From contig CAWJQU010000017.1 of assembly GCA_963845145.1 (NCBI GenBank), positions 32,001 to 96,000 of the forward strand: a DNA stretch of 64,000 bases, read 5' to 3'. Position numbers and translations under genes: made by a program. The notes beneath the pieces were generated by a model. It was not told where the DNA came from. It saw nothing but the letters and a program-made list of their open reading frames with translations, and searched no databases. Positions 32,387 to 43,066 of this stretch are shown piece by piece. Numbering within the stretch: position 1 is the first letter of the stretch; every line of letters begins with the position of its first letter. This stretch comes from an uncultured delta proteobacterium (GTDB lineage: Bacteria; Desulfobacterota; Desulfobacteria; Desulfobacterales; QNYZ01).

Positions 32387-32683
32387 GAGATTTCTCCTTG
32401 TTTCTATGGTCATTTAATTTCGATTGGCTTTCTTTTTCGATATCGGGCATAAAAGTGTCGGGTTTTCTTTCGCACGCCCCTATTGAATGCATGTTAACAG
32501 ATTATCTTTCAGGGTTCTACAGGAAATCGCTACGATCATTTGTTATGAAACCTTTATTTTTAGTGAAAATCCTGGCATAATTCGTGTAAATAAAACATAG
32601 ACATGTCATGGTCCGCTGTTGGAAGTTTGACGTTTTAAGATGAATTTACAAATAATTTTCGAAAGAGAAGGAGGATGAGGCCA

Positions 32684-32878
32684 ATGAAAGTGACGATTTC
32701 CAGTCAGTGCATGGGTGACCGCAACTGTAACAAACTTTGTCCGGAAATATTCGAGTATGATGAGGACCAGCTATTGTCCATTGTTAAAATGGATGAAATT
32801 CCCGACCATTTAAAAGCCGTTGTGCGACAGGCGGCCGACGAATGTGGCGCGGATGCGATTACGGTGGAGGAAGACTAA
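32684..32878 (+). CDS. Monocluster ferredoxin
   Basis: CMGDRNC-x3-CPEIF ... ECGADAI. Confidence 0.85.
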   Translation: MKVTISSQCMGDRNCNKLCPEIFEYDEDQLLSIVKMDEIPDHLKAVVRQAADECGADAITVEED

Positions 32879-32967
32879 ATCTAAACCTGAGTGGCTCGAG
32901 GTTGTTTGCCCGTTGTGGTATGAAACCGGCCCGGCAAACAACCTCTTTCGGCTGCTATTGAGGGAGA

Positions 32968-33549
32968 TTGGCTTTGGGAAAATTCCGTGAGAGTCAAACC
33001 GCTAAAAACCTACTGACATCCTTTGCTGCCGAGGCTCAGGCCCGCACCCGGTATACCTTCTTCTCCCGCCGTGCCCGTGAAGATGGCTTTATCCAGATTG
33101 CCGACATATTTGAGGAAACCGCCGAGCAGGAGTGCGAGCATGCCCTGCGATTTTTTAAATTTTTCAATGGCGGCGAATTGGAAATCAACTGGCGTTTTCC
33201 GGCTGGTGTGCTTGAAGACACTTACGCCAATCTGATCTCTGCGGCCAACCTCGAACACTACGTTTATTCGGATATGTATCCGGGTTTTGCTAAAATTGCC
33301 CGTGAAGAAGGGTTTGCGCGGGCGGCGGACACGCTGGACGCCATCAGTGTCTCTGAAAAACAGCACGAAAAACTTTACCGGGAGCTGGCCGAAAACCTTA
33401 AAAAAGAGCGCGCCTTTGCACGGGAAGAGGAAAGGGTCTGGCGATGTCGGAGTTGCGGCTATTTGCACACCGGCAAAGAGGCGCCGGATAAATGTCCTGC
33501 CTGCGTTAAACCGCGTGGGTATTTCGAGATTCTCGCTGAAAACTGGTAG
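32968..33549 (+). CDS. rbr: Rubrerythrin (second copy)
   Basis: SFAAEAQARTRY, EETAEQECEHA, EKQH, CRSCG, CPAC. Confidence 0.9.
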   Translation: MALGKFRESQTAKNLLTSFAAEAQARTRYTFFSRRAREDGFIQIADIFEETAEQECEHALRFFKFFNGGELEINWRFPAGVLEDTYANLISAANLEHYVYSDMYPGFAKIAREEGFARAADTLDAISVSEKQHEKLYRELAENLKKERAFAREEERVWRCRSCGYLHTGKEAPDKCPACVKPRGYFEILAENW

Positions 33550-33575
33550 GCACGGTTTCAGTTGAAAAAAATATT

Positions 33576-35093
33576 GTGGAGATAAGCCGTAAGGTTCGCT
33601 GGTTGGTTATCGGCGCGGCCCTCACTGCCCTGTTTCTGGGGGCGATGGACGCTTTGGTGATGTCGGCTGCCATGCCGACGGTCATTGCCGAGTTGGGCGG
33701 GCTGGATATTTACAGTTGGGTGTATACGGCCTACTTTTTGGCGCGTGCGGTAGCCTTGCCGGTCTTTGGTAAGCTGGCCGACCTCTTTAAAGTCCGGGCA
33801 CTGTTTCTTATTTCCATCAGCGGCTTTTTGGTTTCTTCATTGGCCGCCGGCCTGGCCACCAACATGTTTGTACTAATTGTAGCACGCGTGTTTCAGGGAA
33901 TTGCCGCCGGCGGTAATTTTGCTCTCGTTTACATCGTGCTGTCGGACATGGCGCCGCCGGGTAAGCGGGCCAAGACTTTGTCTCTGGCCAGTTTTGTATG
34001 GGGAATCGCTTCGGTGGTGGGGCCGACTGCGGGCGGTTTTATCGTCAACTATTTTTCCTGGCGCTGGGTCTTTTTTATCAATATTCCCATTTGTCTTATT
34101 TCCATGGCGGTACTCGCCGCCTTTCTGGTTGAGATCCGCCCGAAAAAAGAGAGCGTCCATCTCGATTTAGCCGGAGTCGCCACTTTATCCATCGCCGTGG
34201 TGGGTCTCTTGACCTTAATGATGCTGGCGGGAAACGACTTTGATTGGACTTCAACCCTGGCCTTTAGCCTCATCGGCATCACCCTGATATCGAGCATCGG
34301 CTTTTATTTTTCTGAAAAAGCAGCCCCGGAACCGATTCTGGCGTTGCCGTTTTTTAAAATTCGTGGTTTCAGTATTGGCAACCTGTCTGTTTTTTTAAGT
34401 AGTTTTGCCATCTTCGCGCTGTTTGCCTATGCGCCGCTGTTTATTCAAGGGGCGTTGGGGCGCTCGCCGGCGCAGGTCGGTCTGGCCATGCTTTCATTAA
34501 GCCTGGGCTGGTCATTGGGCTCCCTGTCCATCGGGCAGATGTTCTTTCGTCTGGATCGGAAATCGGTGGCTATTGCCGGCTCTGTTTTTCTGATACTGGG
34601 TTCCGGGATGACCCTGAATTTCGATCATCAGACCTCAATGGCGGCCTGCTTCTGGGTGTTTCTGATCGTCGGGATCGGTATGGGGTTTGTGGCCATTTCC
34701 ACCCTGTTAGTGGTGCAAGAGGCCCTGGATGTAACCGATCTCGGCGTGGCCACATCATCCAACCAGTTTGCACGATCACTGGGCGGCACGGTTGGCGTGG
34801 GTGTTTGCGGCGGGTTTGTTACGGGAAATATTCAGACATCCATCGATTCGCTGATCAGCACAGGGAACTTGGATCGGTTGCCGGCACATCTTATCGTTCA
34901 GATCCGTGATAATTTCGAACGGCTCTTTCAACCTGAATTTCAATCTCTGCTTCTGCCGGAAATCAAAACTTTGCTCCAACAAACCGTTGGGGACCATATG
35001 CAAATAATTTTTCGGATCGTCTTTGCCGTATCAATTTTCTGTCTGATATCCTGTCTGTTTTTACCGGGAAAAGAAAAAATGGGTGTCCATTGA
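33576..35093 (+). CDS. DHA2-family MFS efflux transporter
   Basis: FLGAMD..V..AMPTVI.ELGG, GKLAD, GPTAGG, WRWVFFINIP. Confidence 0.88.
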   Translation: MEISRKVRWLVIGAALTALFLGAMDALVMSAAMPTVIAELGGLDIYSWVYTAYFLARAVALPVFGKLADLFKVRALFLISISGFLVSSLAAGLATNMFVLIVARVFQGIAAGGNFALVYIVLSDMAPPGKRAKTLSLASFVWGIASVVGPTAGGFIVNYFSWRWVFFINIPICLISMAVLAAFLVEIRPKKESVHLDLAGVATLSIAVVGLLTLMMLAGNDFDWTSTLAFSLIGITLISSIGFYFSEKAAPEPILALPFFKIRGFSIGNLSVFLSSFAIFALFAYAPLFIQGALGRSPAQVGLAMLSLSLGWSLGSLSIGQMFFRLDRKSVAIAGSVFLILGSGMTLNFDHQTSMAACFWVFLIVGIGMGFVAISTLLVVQEALDVTDLGVATSSNQFARSLGGTVGVGVCGGFVTGNIQTSIDSLISTGNLDRLPAHLIVQIRDNFERLFQPEFQSLLLPEIKTLLQQTVGDHMQIIFRIVFAVSIFCLISCLFLPGKEKMGVH

Positions 35094-35228
35094 CCGTGGC
35101 CCCTGTGCCTGATTGTCTCGATCCCATAAAGCACTTGTGCCGGCCAAGAGGTGGTTGACAAAGTCCCTTGGACTGAAAATAATGTGAACAATTCGGTTCA
35201 GTATTAGAATAAGCGAAAGGAGCCATCC

Positions 35229-35576
35229 ATGCCGATTCAAAAATACAACGATCTTTTGGCCACTGCGGTTCAGATGGAAGGGGCTGCCAAGGTCTCCAAA
35301 AAGGTGCCCATCGGGAAAAATGAGGGCTGGGAGGGGTATACACTGCGGACGTTTACACTGGAGCCCGGCGGCCATACGCCCAGGCATGCCCATGACTGGG
35401 AACATGTCAACTACGTGATTCGCGGCAGGGGCCAGCTCATGATTGACGGCCAAAAAAATGAGATTGGGGAGAAGGATTTCGCCTTTGTGCCGCCGAATAT
35501 TGAGCATCAATTTACAAACCCGTTTGATGAGGCGTTTGAGTTTATTTGTATTGTTCCTAACCGCGGCGAATATTGA
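35229..35576 (+). CDS. Cupin domain protein
   Basis: PGGHTPRHAHDWEH, VPPNIEHQF. Confidence 0.85.
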   Translation: MPIQKYNDLLATAVQMEGAAKVSKKVPIGKNEGWEGYTLRTFTLEPGGHTPRHAHDWEHVNYVIRGRGQLMIDGQKNEIGEKDFAFVPPNIEHQFTNPFDEAFEFICIVPNRGEY

Positions 35577-35609
35577 CGGATGGCTACCATTTAAAATGGA
35601 GATATTCAC

Positions 35610-36332
35610 ATGATTACGCTTCCAATCTGCAACCGGGACACGACTTACACCGTCAATCCCACTAAAATCATTGCCCTGGGGTTGAACTACCGGTCTCATA
35701 TTGCCGAGAGCCTATCGGTCAAGGTGCAGGGGTTTACCGGTGAAATTCCCACCGAACCCATATTGTTTCCCAAAACACCCAATGTCCTGATCGGCCCGGA
35801 AGCGCCCATTGTCATACCCCGTTTTTTAAGCGAATACGATTTCGAGGAGCCTCGGGTGGACTACGAGGCCGAACTGGCCGTCATTATCAAAGATTGCTGC
35901 AAGGATGTTCCCGTTGCCCAGGCGCATACGCATGTATTGGGGTATACCTGTATGAACGATGTCAGTCAGCGGAATTTACAAAACAGCGATCGCTCGGGCT
36001 GGTTTCGCGGTAAATCCCTGGACACCTTTGGCCCTATCGGCCCCCAGGTCGTTTTGTCCGAAGATATCGGTGATGTGCAAGCGCTGGATATCCGTTGCCG
36101 TTTGAACGGAAAAACAGTTCAAGACGGAAATACCGGCCAGATGATCTTCACCCTGCCTGAAATCATCGCCTTTGTATCCAAGAATTTTACCCTGATGCCA
36201 GGAGATCTCATTTTAACCGGTACGCCCAGTGGGGTGGGGCCGCTCCGGCATAATGATGTGGTTGAAGTGGAGGTTGAAAAAATCGGCATTTTGCGTAATC
36301 CGGTAGTGGAAGAAGGCCACGAAAACGGATAG
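35610..36332 (+). CDS. Fumarylacetoacetate hydrolase family protein
   Basis: GLNY, DYEAELAV, NDVSQR, GKSLDTFGP, GDLILTGTP. Confidence 0.92.
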   Translation: MITLPICNRDTTYTVNPTKIIALGLNYRSHIAESLSVKVQGFTGEIPTEPILFPKTPNVLIGPEAPIVIPRFLSEYDFEEPRVDYEAELAVIIKDCCKDVPVAQAHTHVLGYTCMNDVSQRNLQNSDRSGWFRGKSLDTFGPIGPQVVLSEDIGDVQALDIRCRLNGKTVQDGNTGQMIFTLPEIIAFVSKNFTLMPGDLILTGTPSGVGPLRHNDVVEVEVEKIGILRNPVVEEGHENG

Positions 36333-36436
36333 ATTGTAACCCAAAAAGTTTCTATCTATTTGGCGTTAATCCGGCCGGAGTTGATCTGGCCGGAGTTGAT
36401 CCGATTGGATCCTCATTCTTTAATAAGGAATAGAAG

Positions 36437-36805
36437 ATGAAATTTACCATAGACCATTTTAACATCAATGTTCTGGATCTTGAGAAAAGCCTGGCCTTTT
36501 ACGAAACAGCGCTCGGATTGAAAGAGGTTCGCAGAAAAGAGGCCCCGGATGGACAATATATCATTGTTTTCCTTGGCGATGGATCCACGGGCAACAAAAT
36601 TGAATTGACTTGGCTCGAATCACAGAAGAAGCCTTACGATCTGGGCGATGAGGAATTTCATATTGCTTTTATTGCCGATGATTATAATGCCGCCCATGCC
36701 TTGCATACGGAAATGGATTGCATCTGTTATGAGAACAAGGAGATGGGGATCTATTTCATCAATGATCCGGACGGATACTGGCTTGAGATTGTCCCCCAAA
36801 GATAA
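36437..36805 (+). CDS. VOC/glyoxalase I family protein
   Basis: H.NINVLDLEKSLAFY, IELTW, HIAF, YFINDPDGYWLEI. Confidence 0.88.
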   Translation: MKFTIDHFNINVLDLEKSLAFYETALGLKEVRRKEAPDGQYIIVFLGDGSTGNKIELTWLESQKKPYDLGDEEFHIAFIADDYNAAHALHTEMDCICYENKEMGIYFINDPDGYWLEIVPQR

Positions 36806-36906
36806 TGCTGCCGGGATTATCCTTTTCAAGGGAAGCGGCGGCCTTGACGCCTTGGAAATCTTATCCCTCAATCATTCGGCGATCATTCGGCTTTAGCCAA
36901 AGGACT

Positions 36907-37992
36907 TTAACCGGTCCGGATCTCTGCTGAATATTTGCGAAGCAACCCTCGAAGTTGATCATACGTCAAACCCAACAGGTCGGCGGCTTTTTTTTGATTA
37001 AAGCGGGTATTTTCCAGTGCTTGTTTAATCATATCAACCTCCATGCGTTTGACTGCCTCCTTCAAGGGCAGCTCTATACTTTGGGAAGACGTTGTTTGCG
37101 CATGGGGTGAATCCGGCAACGCCGGTTCCGTGGCTGGAGATTGAGTGGCATCCGGAATTGGCTGGGTTGCCGAATAGGGTGACTGAAAGGGATCGAGATC
37201 GATGGTATCGATATGGTGCGTCGTAGACCGGTAAACCGCTCGTTCCACCACATTTTTCAATTCGCGAATATTTCCTGGCCAGGCGTGCTTTTCGAGAGTC
37301 CCCGCTGCCAACGGGCTGAAGGTTGGCATCGCGTCTATTCCCATTTCGTAAGCCATGCGTCGGGCAAAATGATCGGCCAGAAGCAGAATGTCGCCCTTAC
37401 GTGCGCGGAGAGGGGGCAGAAACAGTACTTCGAAGGAGAGCCGGTCCAATAGATCCTGCTTGAACCGCTTGTTCCGTGCCAGAGCCGGTAAATTGGCGTT
37501 GGTGGCACCAATCACGCGTACATCCACTTCCACCGGCCGGGTTCCCCCGACCCGCTCAAAAGCCCCGTATTCCACGACACGAAGTATTTTTTCCTGGGCC
37601 TCCATGGGAATGTTACCGATTTCATCGAGGAATAAGGTGCTTTTATCGGCGACTTCAAATCGGCCCTGCCGTCGTTCAACCGCCCCGGTGAAAGCGCCTT
37701 TTTCATGCCCGAAAAGGGCTGTTTCCATTAGCGACGGTGCTAGGGCGGCACAGTTCAACGTCACCAGAGGGCCTTCCCAGCGGGCGGACAGGTAGTGCAG
37801 GCGCGTGGCGGCCAGCTCTTTTCCCGTTCCCCGCTCTCCGATGATCAATACCGGCCGCTCGATCGGTGCGATTAGGGCGATCCGTTCCTGAAATTCAAGA
37901 AATGCGTCAGATTGACCCAGCGCTTCAGTGGTGACTTCAGGGGAAGTGACCGACAACAGGTGGTCAGGGTGATTTCTGGGAGAAAACGGCAC
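36907..37992 (-). CDS. pspF: Phage shock protein operon activator PspF
   Basis: GERGTGKE, GAFTGA, no N-terminal sensor domain, LGLTYDQLRG HTH; divergent from pspA. Confidence 0.93.
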   Translation of the reverse strand: MPFSPRNHPDHLLSVTSPEVTTEALGQSDAFLEFQERIALIAPIERPVLIIGERGTGKELAATRLHYLSARWEGPLVTLNCAALAPSLMETALFGHEKGAFTGAVERRQGRFEVADKSTLFLDEIGNIPMEAQEKILRVVEYGAFERVGGTRPVEVDVRVIGATNANLPALARNKRFKQDLLDRLSFEVLFLPPLRARKGDILLLADHFARRMAYEMGIDAMPTFSPLAAGTLEKHAWPGNIRELKNVVERAVYRSTTHHIDTIDLDPFQSPYSATQPIPDATQSPATEPALPDSPHAQTTSSQSIELPLKEAVKRMEVDMIKQALENTRFNQKKAADLLGLTYDQLRGLLRKYSAEIRTG

Positions 37993-38122
37993 AAATTATC
38001 CTAAAATAAGTTATAAATACCAATAAACGGTAAATAATACCAAATCATTTTTCGCGGGTCAACAATAATTATTTGTTTATTTTATCTATAATATTGGATG
38101 GTTATTTTAGGAAGAGGCCCAT

Positions 38123-38138
38123 TGGCATGGAAAATGCT
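38123..38138 (+). promoter_or_regulatory. Sigma54 (-24/-12) promoter of pspABC
   Basis: TGGCATGGAAAATGCT, 50 nt upstream of pspA. Confidence 0.75.
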
Positions 38139-38187
38139 CTTGTACAATGCAACGAAAACATGGAACATGCAAAATGGAGGAAGAGCA

Positions 38188-38874
38188 ATGGGCGTTTTTA
38201 CACGATTTCGAGACATTATCAGCTCCAATATTAATGCCATGCTGGATCGGGCAGAGGACCCCGAAAAACTTATCCGTCTGATGATTCGAGAGATGGAAGA
38301 CACCCTGGTCGAAATGAAATCAGCCTGTGCGGGTGTTATGGCAAATGAAAAAAAGATGCAGCGTCAAATTGACGAGGCCAGTTCACGGGAAATGCTCTGG
38401 GAAGACCGGGCGCGACTGGCGGTTGAAAAAGGGCGGGATGATCTGGCCCGGGAGGCCCTGCAGGAAAAGCGTCGGTTTACACGTATGGCCCAGTCTTTAG
38501 AGACGGAACATATCGAACACCAGGCACTGGTCACGCAATATCAGGACGATATTCGACAACTTCAAGAAAAATTGACCAACGCCCGGGAAAAACAACGAAT
38601 CCTGGTCCAACGCCACATCCGGGCGCAAGGTAAACGAAAAGCGCAAGAAGAGATTCGACGTGTAGACGGTTTTGAGACCATGGCTAAATTCGACGACATA
38701 GAAAACCGAATTGAGCGTATGGAGGCCGAGGCTGATCTGGTAAACTACGGCCGTAAACCGAGCCTTGAAGAAGCTTTCGAAAAATTGTACGACGAGGGAA
38801 TCGAAAAAGAACTGGATGCACTTAAATCCAGTCAACAAAAAGAGGTCGCCAAAAAGGAGCACCATCCACAATGA
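38188..38874 (+). CDS. pspA: Phage shock protein A
   Basis: MGVFTRFRDIISSNINAMLDRAEDPEKLIRLMIREMEDTLVE. Confidence 0.95.
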   Translation: MGVFTRFRDIISSNINAMLDRAEDPEKLIRLMIREMEDTLVEMKSACAGVMANEKKMQRQIDEASSREMLWEDRARLAVEKGRDDLAREALQEKRRFTRMAQSLETEHIEHQALVTQYQDDIRQLQEKLTNAREKQRILVQRHIRAQGKRKAQEEIRRVDGFETMAKFDDIENRIERMEAEADLVNYGRKPSLEEAFEKLYDEGIEKELDALKSSQQKEVAKKEHHPQ

Positions 38875-39119
38875 CACCGGTTTATATCGTCGGCATCGTT
38901 TTCGGCAGTCTCGTTCTCGCCCTGGCCATCCTGGGCGGAACAATCCTCGCTATCATGCGGGCGCGTCACGGCGGGTTGTCGCGTAAAAGCCGTAAGAATG
39001 AGGCCGAGGAAGCAAAGTTGATGCAGGAAATTTTTCGAGGCCTGTCGCACATGGAAAAGCGTGTGGAGGCTTTGGAGACTATCCTGATGGACCAAAACGA
39101 AAAGGAAAATATCCGATGA
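38871..39119 (+). CDS. pspB: PspB-like membrane protein
   Basis: Single TM followed by MEKRVEALETIL; located between pspA and pspC. Confidence 0.75.
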   Translation: MTPVYIVGIVFGSLVLALAILGGTILAIMRARHGGLSRKSRKNEAEEAKLMQEIFRGLSHMEKRVEALETILMDQNEKENIR

Positions 39120-39496
39120 AAAGATACCAACGAATACGTGGGTTATATCGTTCCCGACGCGGGGCCATCTTCGGCGTGTGCCGCGGCTTTGGGGAATATT
39201 TTGACTTCAGTGTCTTTTGGATTCGCTTGATGACGGTGGTCACATTTTTGATTACCGGTGTCTGGCCCATGCTCGTTATATACATCGTCGCGGCACTGGT
39301 GATGAAACCCGAACCGATCCGTCCGTTTGAAAGCGAAGCCGAGCGGGATTTTTACGACAGCTACGTGGACTCACGCCATCGAACCCTTCGACGGGTTCGG
39401 CGTCGGTACGAGAACCTCGACCATCGTTTGCAACGCATGGAAGATGTCGTGACCGGCAAAGATTTCCAGTGGCAAGAAAAGATGAATCGAATGTGA
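39116..39496 (+). CDS. pspC: Phage shock protein C
   Basis: LYRSRRGAIFGVCRGFGEYF, RLQRMEDVVT. Confidence 0.9.
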   Translation: MKRYQRIRGLYRSRRGAIFGVCRGFGEYFDFSVFWIRLMTVVTFLITGVWPMLVIYIVAALVMKPEPIRPFESEAERDFYDSYVDSRHRTLRRVRRRYENLDHRLQRMEDVVTGKDFQWQEKMNRM

Positions 39497-39519
39497 CATG
39501 CCCTTATTTGGTTATGACC

Positions 39520-40605
39520 TTATTTGATTATACCCAGGGGAACGAGCAGGCGTTGCGCCATCTCTTTTTTAGCCCAAATGAGATCATCTCTATCCGTACC
39601 TTCCGTATAGATGGTGCTTAATATCTCGGCGGTTTCACGTGCCCGGGCATGTCCCACCTCAACAGCATGGTTGACGGATTCCCATCTGTGCGATTGAGTG
39701 AACTCTGAAAAAGCCAACCTGATTTCCGGGAACATCTTCTTACGCAAACCATCGATAAAGGCGGCATAAAGCGCCAGGGCGGTCGTTTTTTTCTGGTTGA
39801 TTATGTGCCTGAGCAAGCCATGCTTACCCGTATCGGCTAATAGGTCCTTTACGGCGCGGGCCAATAATTCCACCGGCGTACCGGAAAAGGTGGTAACGAT
39901 TTCCCGCCATTTACCGGTATCAAAGACGGTGTCCTGAATTTCGCCAAGCTCGTGATAGATATAGGTGTCAATTTGCGTTTCAAAAAGGCGGGGCATGTTC
40001 TTCTTGATCGAATCCATGTCCTGGGGATCCAACCCGTGCTCTTTCAGGCCAAAAGCCAGGGCCTTTCTTCCCGACGGCGTGACGAAAAATAGCTGATCCC
40101 AGAAATAGTATTGACCAGCGTCCTTGCGTACGATGATATGATTGTCCTGGGAAAGGGCCGGCAAGGTGGCCAAATCCCGCGCTAGTTCCCGACCTAATAT
40201 GTGCACCGGGTAGCCGTCGACAGGGGTCGTTTTTTCAAGGACTGCGAGAAAAAAAGTAGGTTTGAGGCTACGGGCATATCCGGCGCCATAGTAAAGCCCA
40301 TCCTGGGCAAGGATGGTGTTGATCGCCGTACTGTCGAAAGGATCGTAATGTCGGTTTTCGATGATGATATCCGAAAAATTGTTACCCTCAATCGTTTCCC
40401 ATTGCTCTTCTTGGTTTCCGATCCATTCCAGGATTTTTCCGGATTCATCCTCTACCCATGGCGGGAGTTGTTGTTGCCATTTATATAGATCTCTAAGTCG
40501 TAGGGCCAGCCCGCAGACCGAATAAGCACCAGCATGGCTGGCGTCGGACAGGGCACAATTGGCAAGAACCTGGTCGGTGAGATCATCAATCTGGAGAGGT
40601 GTCAT
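39520..40605 (-). CDS. Sfum_1244-like uncharacterised protein
   Basis: NC.LSDA.HAG.YSVCGLALRLRDLYKW N-terminus; HELGE motif. Confidence 0.7.
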   Translation of the reverse strand: MTPLQIDDLTDQVLANCALSDASHAGAYSVCGLALRLRDLYKWQQQLPPWVEDESGKILEWIGNQEEQWETIEGNNFSDIIIENRHYDPFDSTAINTILAQDGLYYGAGYARSLKPTFFLAVLEKTTPVDGYPVHILGRELARDLATLPALSQDNHIIVRKDAGQYYFWDQLFFVTPSGRKALAFGLKEHGLDPQDMDSIKKNMPRLFETQIDTYIYHELGEIQDTVFDTGKWREIVTTFSGTPVELLARAVKDLLADTGKHGLLRHIINQKKTTALALYAAFIDGLRKKMFPEIRLAFSEFTQSHRWESVNHAVEVGHARARETAEILSTIYTEGTDRDDLIWAKKEMAQRLLVPLGIIK

Positions 40606-40607
40606 TT

Positions 40608-42155
40608 TCAAACGTTGATTTTATATCGTTCGATTTTGTTTAATAAACCCTGGCGGCTGATGCCGAGGATGCCGGCTGCCTTGGAGCGATTCCCAGTGGA
40701 CTGTTGTAATGCATTTGTCACCATTTTGCGCTCCATCTGTTCCGTGGCCTCTTTTAAATGTAAGTTAGACACATAGTTTGGCAAGGCTTGTCGGGCGGCA
40801 GCCGAAATTTTTTCCGACAGGTGGGTGACCTTCACCGTATCGCTTTTTCCCGCAATAGTTACAGCCCTCTCGATTTCATTCTCCAGTTCCCGCACATTAC
40901 CGGGCCAGTCAAAGCGCGAAAGATAATCAATGGCTCGGGGTGTAAATCCGGTTATCGTCCGATTGGCTTGGCGGGCATACCGAGTTAAAAAATGGGTGGC
41001 CAAAAGCGGAATGTCCTCTCTCCTTTGGCGTAGCGGAGGGATTTGGATTGGAAATACATTGATCCGGTAGAACAGATCCCGCCGAAAGCGGCCTTGTTTT
41101 ACTTCATCTTCAAGATCCAGGTTTGTGGATGCAATCAATCGAATATTGATATCAATGGTTTGGTCGCTGCCAACGGGACGAATCTGTCTTTCCTGTAGTA
41201 CGCGAAGTAGTTTAACCTGCATGGGGGGCGAGGTTTCACTGATCTCGTCCAAAAAAACCGTTCCGCCATCGGCCATCGCAAATAGTCCCTTCTTGGTGGC
41301 GATAGCGCCGGTGTAAGCCCCTTTAACGTGACCGAAAAGCTCGCTTTCGAGGAGATTCTCGGCGAAGGCCCCGCAGTTTTCAGCAACAAACGGCTTCTCT
41401 TTCAAGGGGCCCATGTAATGAATGACCTTGGCAATAAGTTCTTTTCCCGTACCGGTCTCACCGTGGATTAAGACGGATGTGGGCGTCCCAATGACTTTGT
41501 CCAATAATCGAAATAGCCGTCGCATGGCCGGGCTGGATCCCACAATCCCCTGCAAGTTAAAGCGGGTTTGGGCATCTGATTTAAGACGTTGGTTTTCCAT
41601 CTCCAATGAAGTGACCGACTGCTTGAGTTCCCCGTAAAGCCTCGCATTTTCAAGGGCGATGGCGATGGTTCCTGAAAGGATCTCCATCAGCCGGGTCTCG
41701 GTTTCAGTAAACCGGCCGGTTACCTTGTTGATGGCATAGAGGACGCCGATAAAGCCCTTGCGGGTTTTCAAAGGGGCACAGATCATGGACCGGGTGGTAA
41801 AATCCTCCTGAAGATCGATACCCTGATAAAAGTGGTCATCTGCGGATGCATCCGCTACCACAATGGCTCGATTTTCACGCATTACCTGACCAGCCACGCC
41901 CACATGATCCGAAAATCGCATACGGTCGCTGCGAATGGTATCTCCATCTTTTTCCGGTTCGATGGTTTTTATAAAGTAAAACTCGCTGGCTTCGGCATCA
42001 TGAAGTGCGATGGAAGCGCCTTCAATCTGAAATACCATCTTGATTTTATGCAACACACTCTGAAGCATCTCGTCTAAGTCCCGAATGGCATGTAGGGACA
42101 TGGTGACTTCATGGATCAGGGCCAACTCTTTTTTGGTTAACGATTTGTTTCCCAT
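40608..42155 (-). CDS. GAF-domain sigma54-dependent transcriptional activator
   Basis: N-terminal GAF, GETGTGKE, GAYTGA, WPGNVRELEN, Fis-type HTH. Confidence 0.92.
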   Translation of the reverse strand: MGNKSLTKKELALIHEVTMSLHAIRDLDEMLQSVLHKIKMVFQIEGASIALHDAEASEFYFIKTIEPEKDGDTIRSDRMRFSDHVGVAGQVMRENRAIVVADASADDHFYQGIDLQEDFTTRSMICAPLKTRKGFIGVLYAINKVTGRFTETETRLMEILSGTIAIALENARLYGELKQSVTSLEMENQRLKSDAQTRFNLQGIVGSSPAMRRLFRLLDKVIGTPTSVLIHGETGTGKELIAKVIHYMGPLKEKPFVAENCGAFAENLLESELFGHVKGAYTGAIATKKGLFAMADGGTVFLDEISETSPPMQVKLLRVLQERQIRPVGSDQTIDINIRLIASTNLDLEDEVKQGRFRRDLFYRINVFPIQIPPLRQRREDIPLLATHFLTRYARQANRTITGFTPRAIDYLSRFDWPGNVRELENEIERAVTIAGKSDTVKVTHLSEKISAAARQALPNYVSNLHLKEATEQMERKMVTNALQQSTGNRSKAAGILGISRQGLLNKIERYKINV

Positions 42156-42300
42156 GGGTTGCTCCCGAAGTCTAGTGGCTTTATGGCCGGAAAGGAAAGA
42201 ATTTCCCGGCCCAATGACCCCTTTTTCGGCCTTTAGCCGAGCGTTGTAAGGAGGCATACGGCAATTGTCTCCCTCCAATATAAGGTCTCAAATATTCGAT

Positions 42301-42347
42301 TGTCAACTATATTTACACTGTACATGCAAATGTCAATTTGGTGGACA
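42301..42347. promoter_or_regulatory. Tandem enhancer-like palindromes (candidate activator binding sites)
   Basis: TGTCAACTATATTTACA and TGTCAATTTGGTGGACA, starting 30 bp apart. Confidence 0.6.
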
Positions 42348-42465
42348 CCTTGTGGGCGTTAGAATATCGAGGCAATGGTGATCGTTGGAATTGTGTCTAT
42401 ATAAAACACAACATTAACAATAGGTTATAAAGTATATGTGTTAATCGATACTGAATCTGATTACT

Positions 42466-42481
42466 TGGCATTGTTATTGCT
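42466..42481 (+). promoter_or_regulatory. Sigma54 (-24/-12) promoter
   Basis: TGGCATTGTTATTGCT with canonical spacing, upstream of the ORF at 42535. Confidence 0.75.
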
Positions 42482-42534
42482 CAATTACTAGTCGACAGGA
42501 AGAACACTTAGAACAATCAAGAAGGAGGTGGAAA

Positions 42535-42945
42535 ATGACGGGGTATAAATGGTTTGTTCCGGTGTTGGTACTGGCGGCAATGATGACATGGATAACCACA
42601 ACCTATGGGGAAGAAAATAACGTTGCCGATAAGAGAGCGGTTTATGCAAAAATGATTGACCGCTATGCCGCATGTTGTGAAAGCCAATCAAAACTTCGCC
42701 ATTCAAGAAGCGCGAAACTGCGTCAAAAAGCCGAGCTTTCGTGTTTAAAGGCGGCCTATGTAAGAAGCTACAAAAACAAAATTGTTACAAAAATGATCGA
42801 ACACGATATTAGCCCCCAACCCTATAAGATTAAATATTTCGTCAATTCCCTGTTCTATGATCTGATTCGACGTGAAACGACCACCGCTAGTAGGCATAGG
42901 ATCCCTTCCGGGTATATTGCCGCTGAGAAAATCGGGACCCAATAG
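42535..42945 (+). CDS. Hypothetical exported protein
   Basis: AGGAGGT RBS, N-terminal signal-like segment, basic helical body containing three Cys. Confidence 0.65.
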   Translation: MTGYKWFVPVLVLAAMMTWITTTYGEENNVADKRAVYAKMIDRYAACCESQSKLRHSRSAKLRQKAELSCLKAAYVRSYKNKIVTKMIEHDISPQPYKIKYFVNSLFYDLIRRETTTASRHRIPSGYIAAEKIGTQ

Positions 42946-43066
42946 CGGCGGTATTGTACCGAAAAAATCGACGAGCGACCTCGTGGCTCATAATTGATTT
43001 TTAATACGCCATTTAGTCGATGAAGGTTCTACTGAAGATGTAATTGATCCGAGAAAGGACATACCC

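Noticed and set aside
36369..36403. Two tandem 15-bp copies of ATC(C/T)GGCCGGAGTTG
   Set aside because: A simple local duplication with no spacers; not CRISPR-like.
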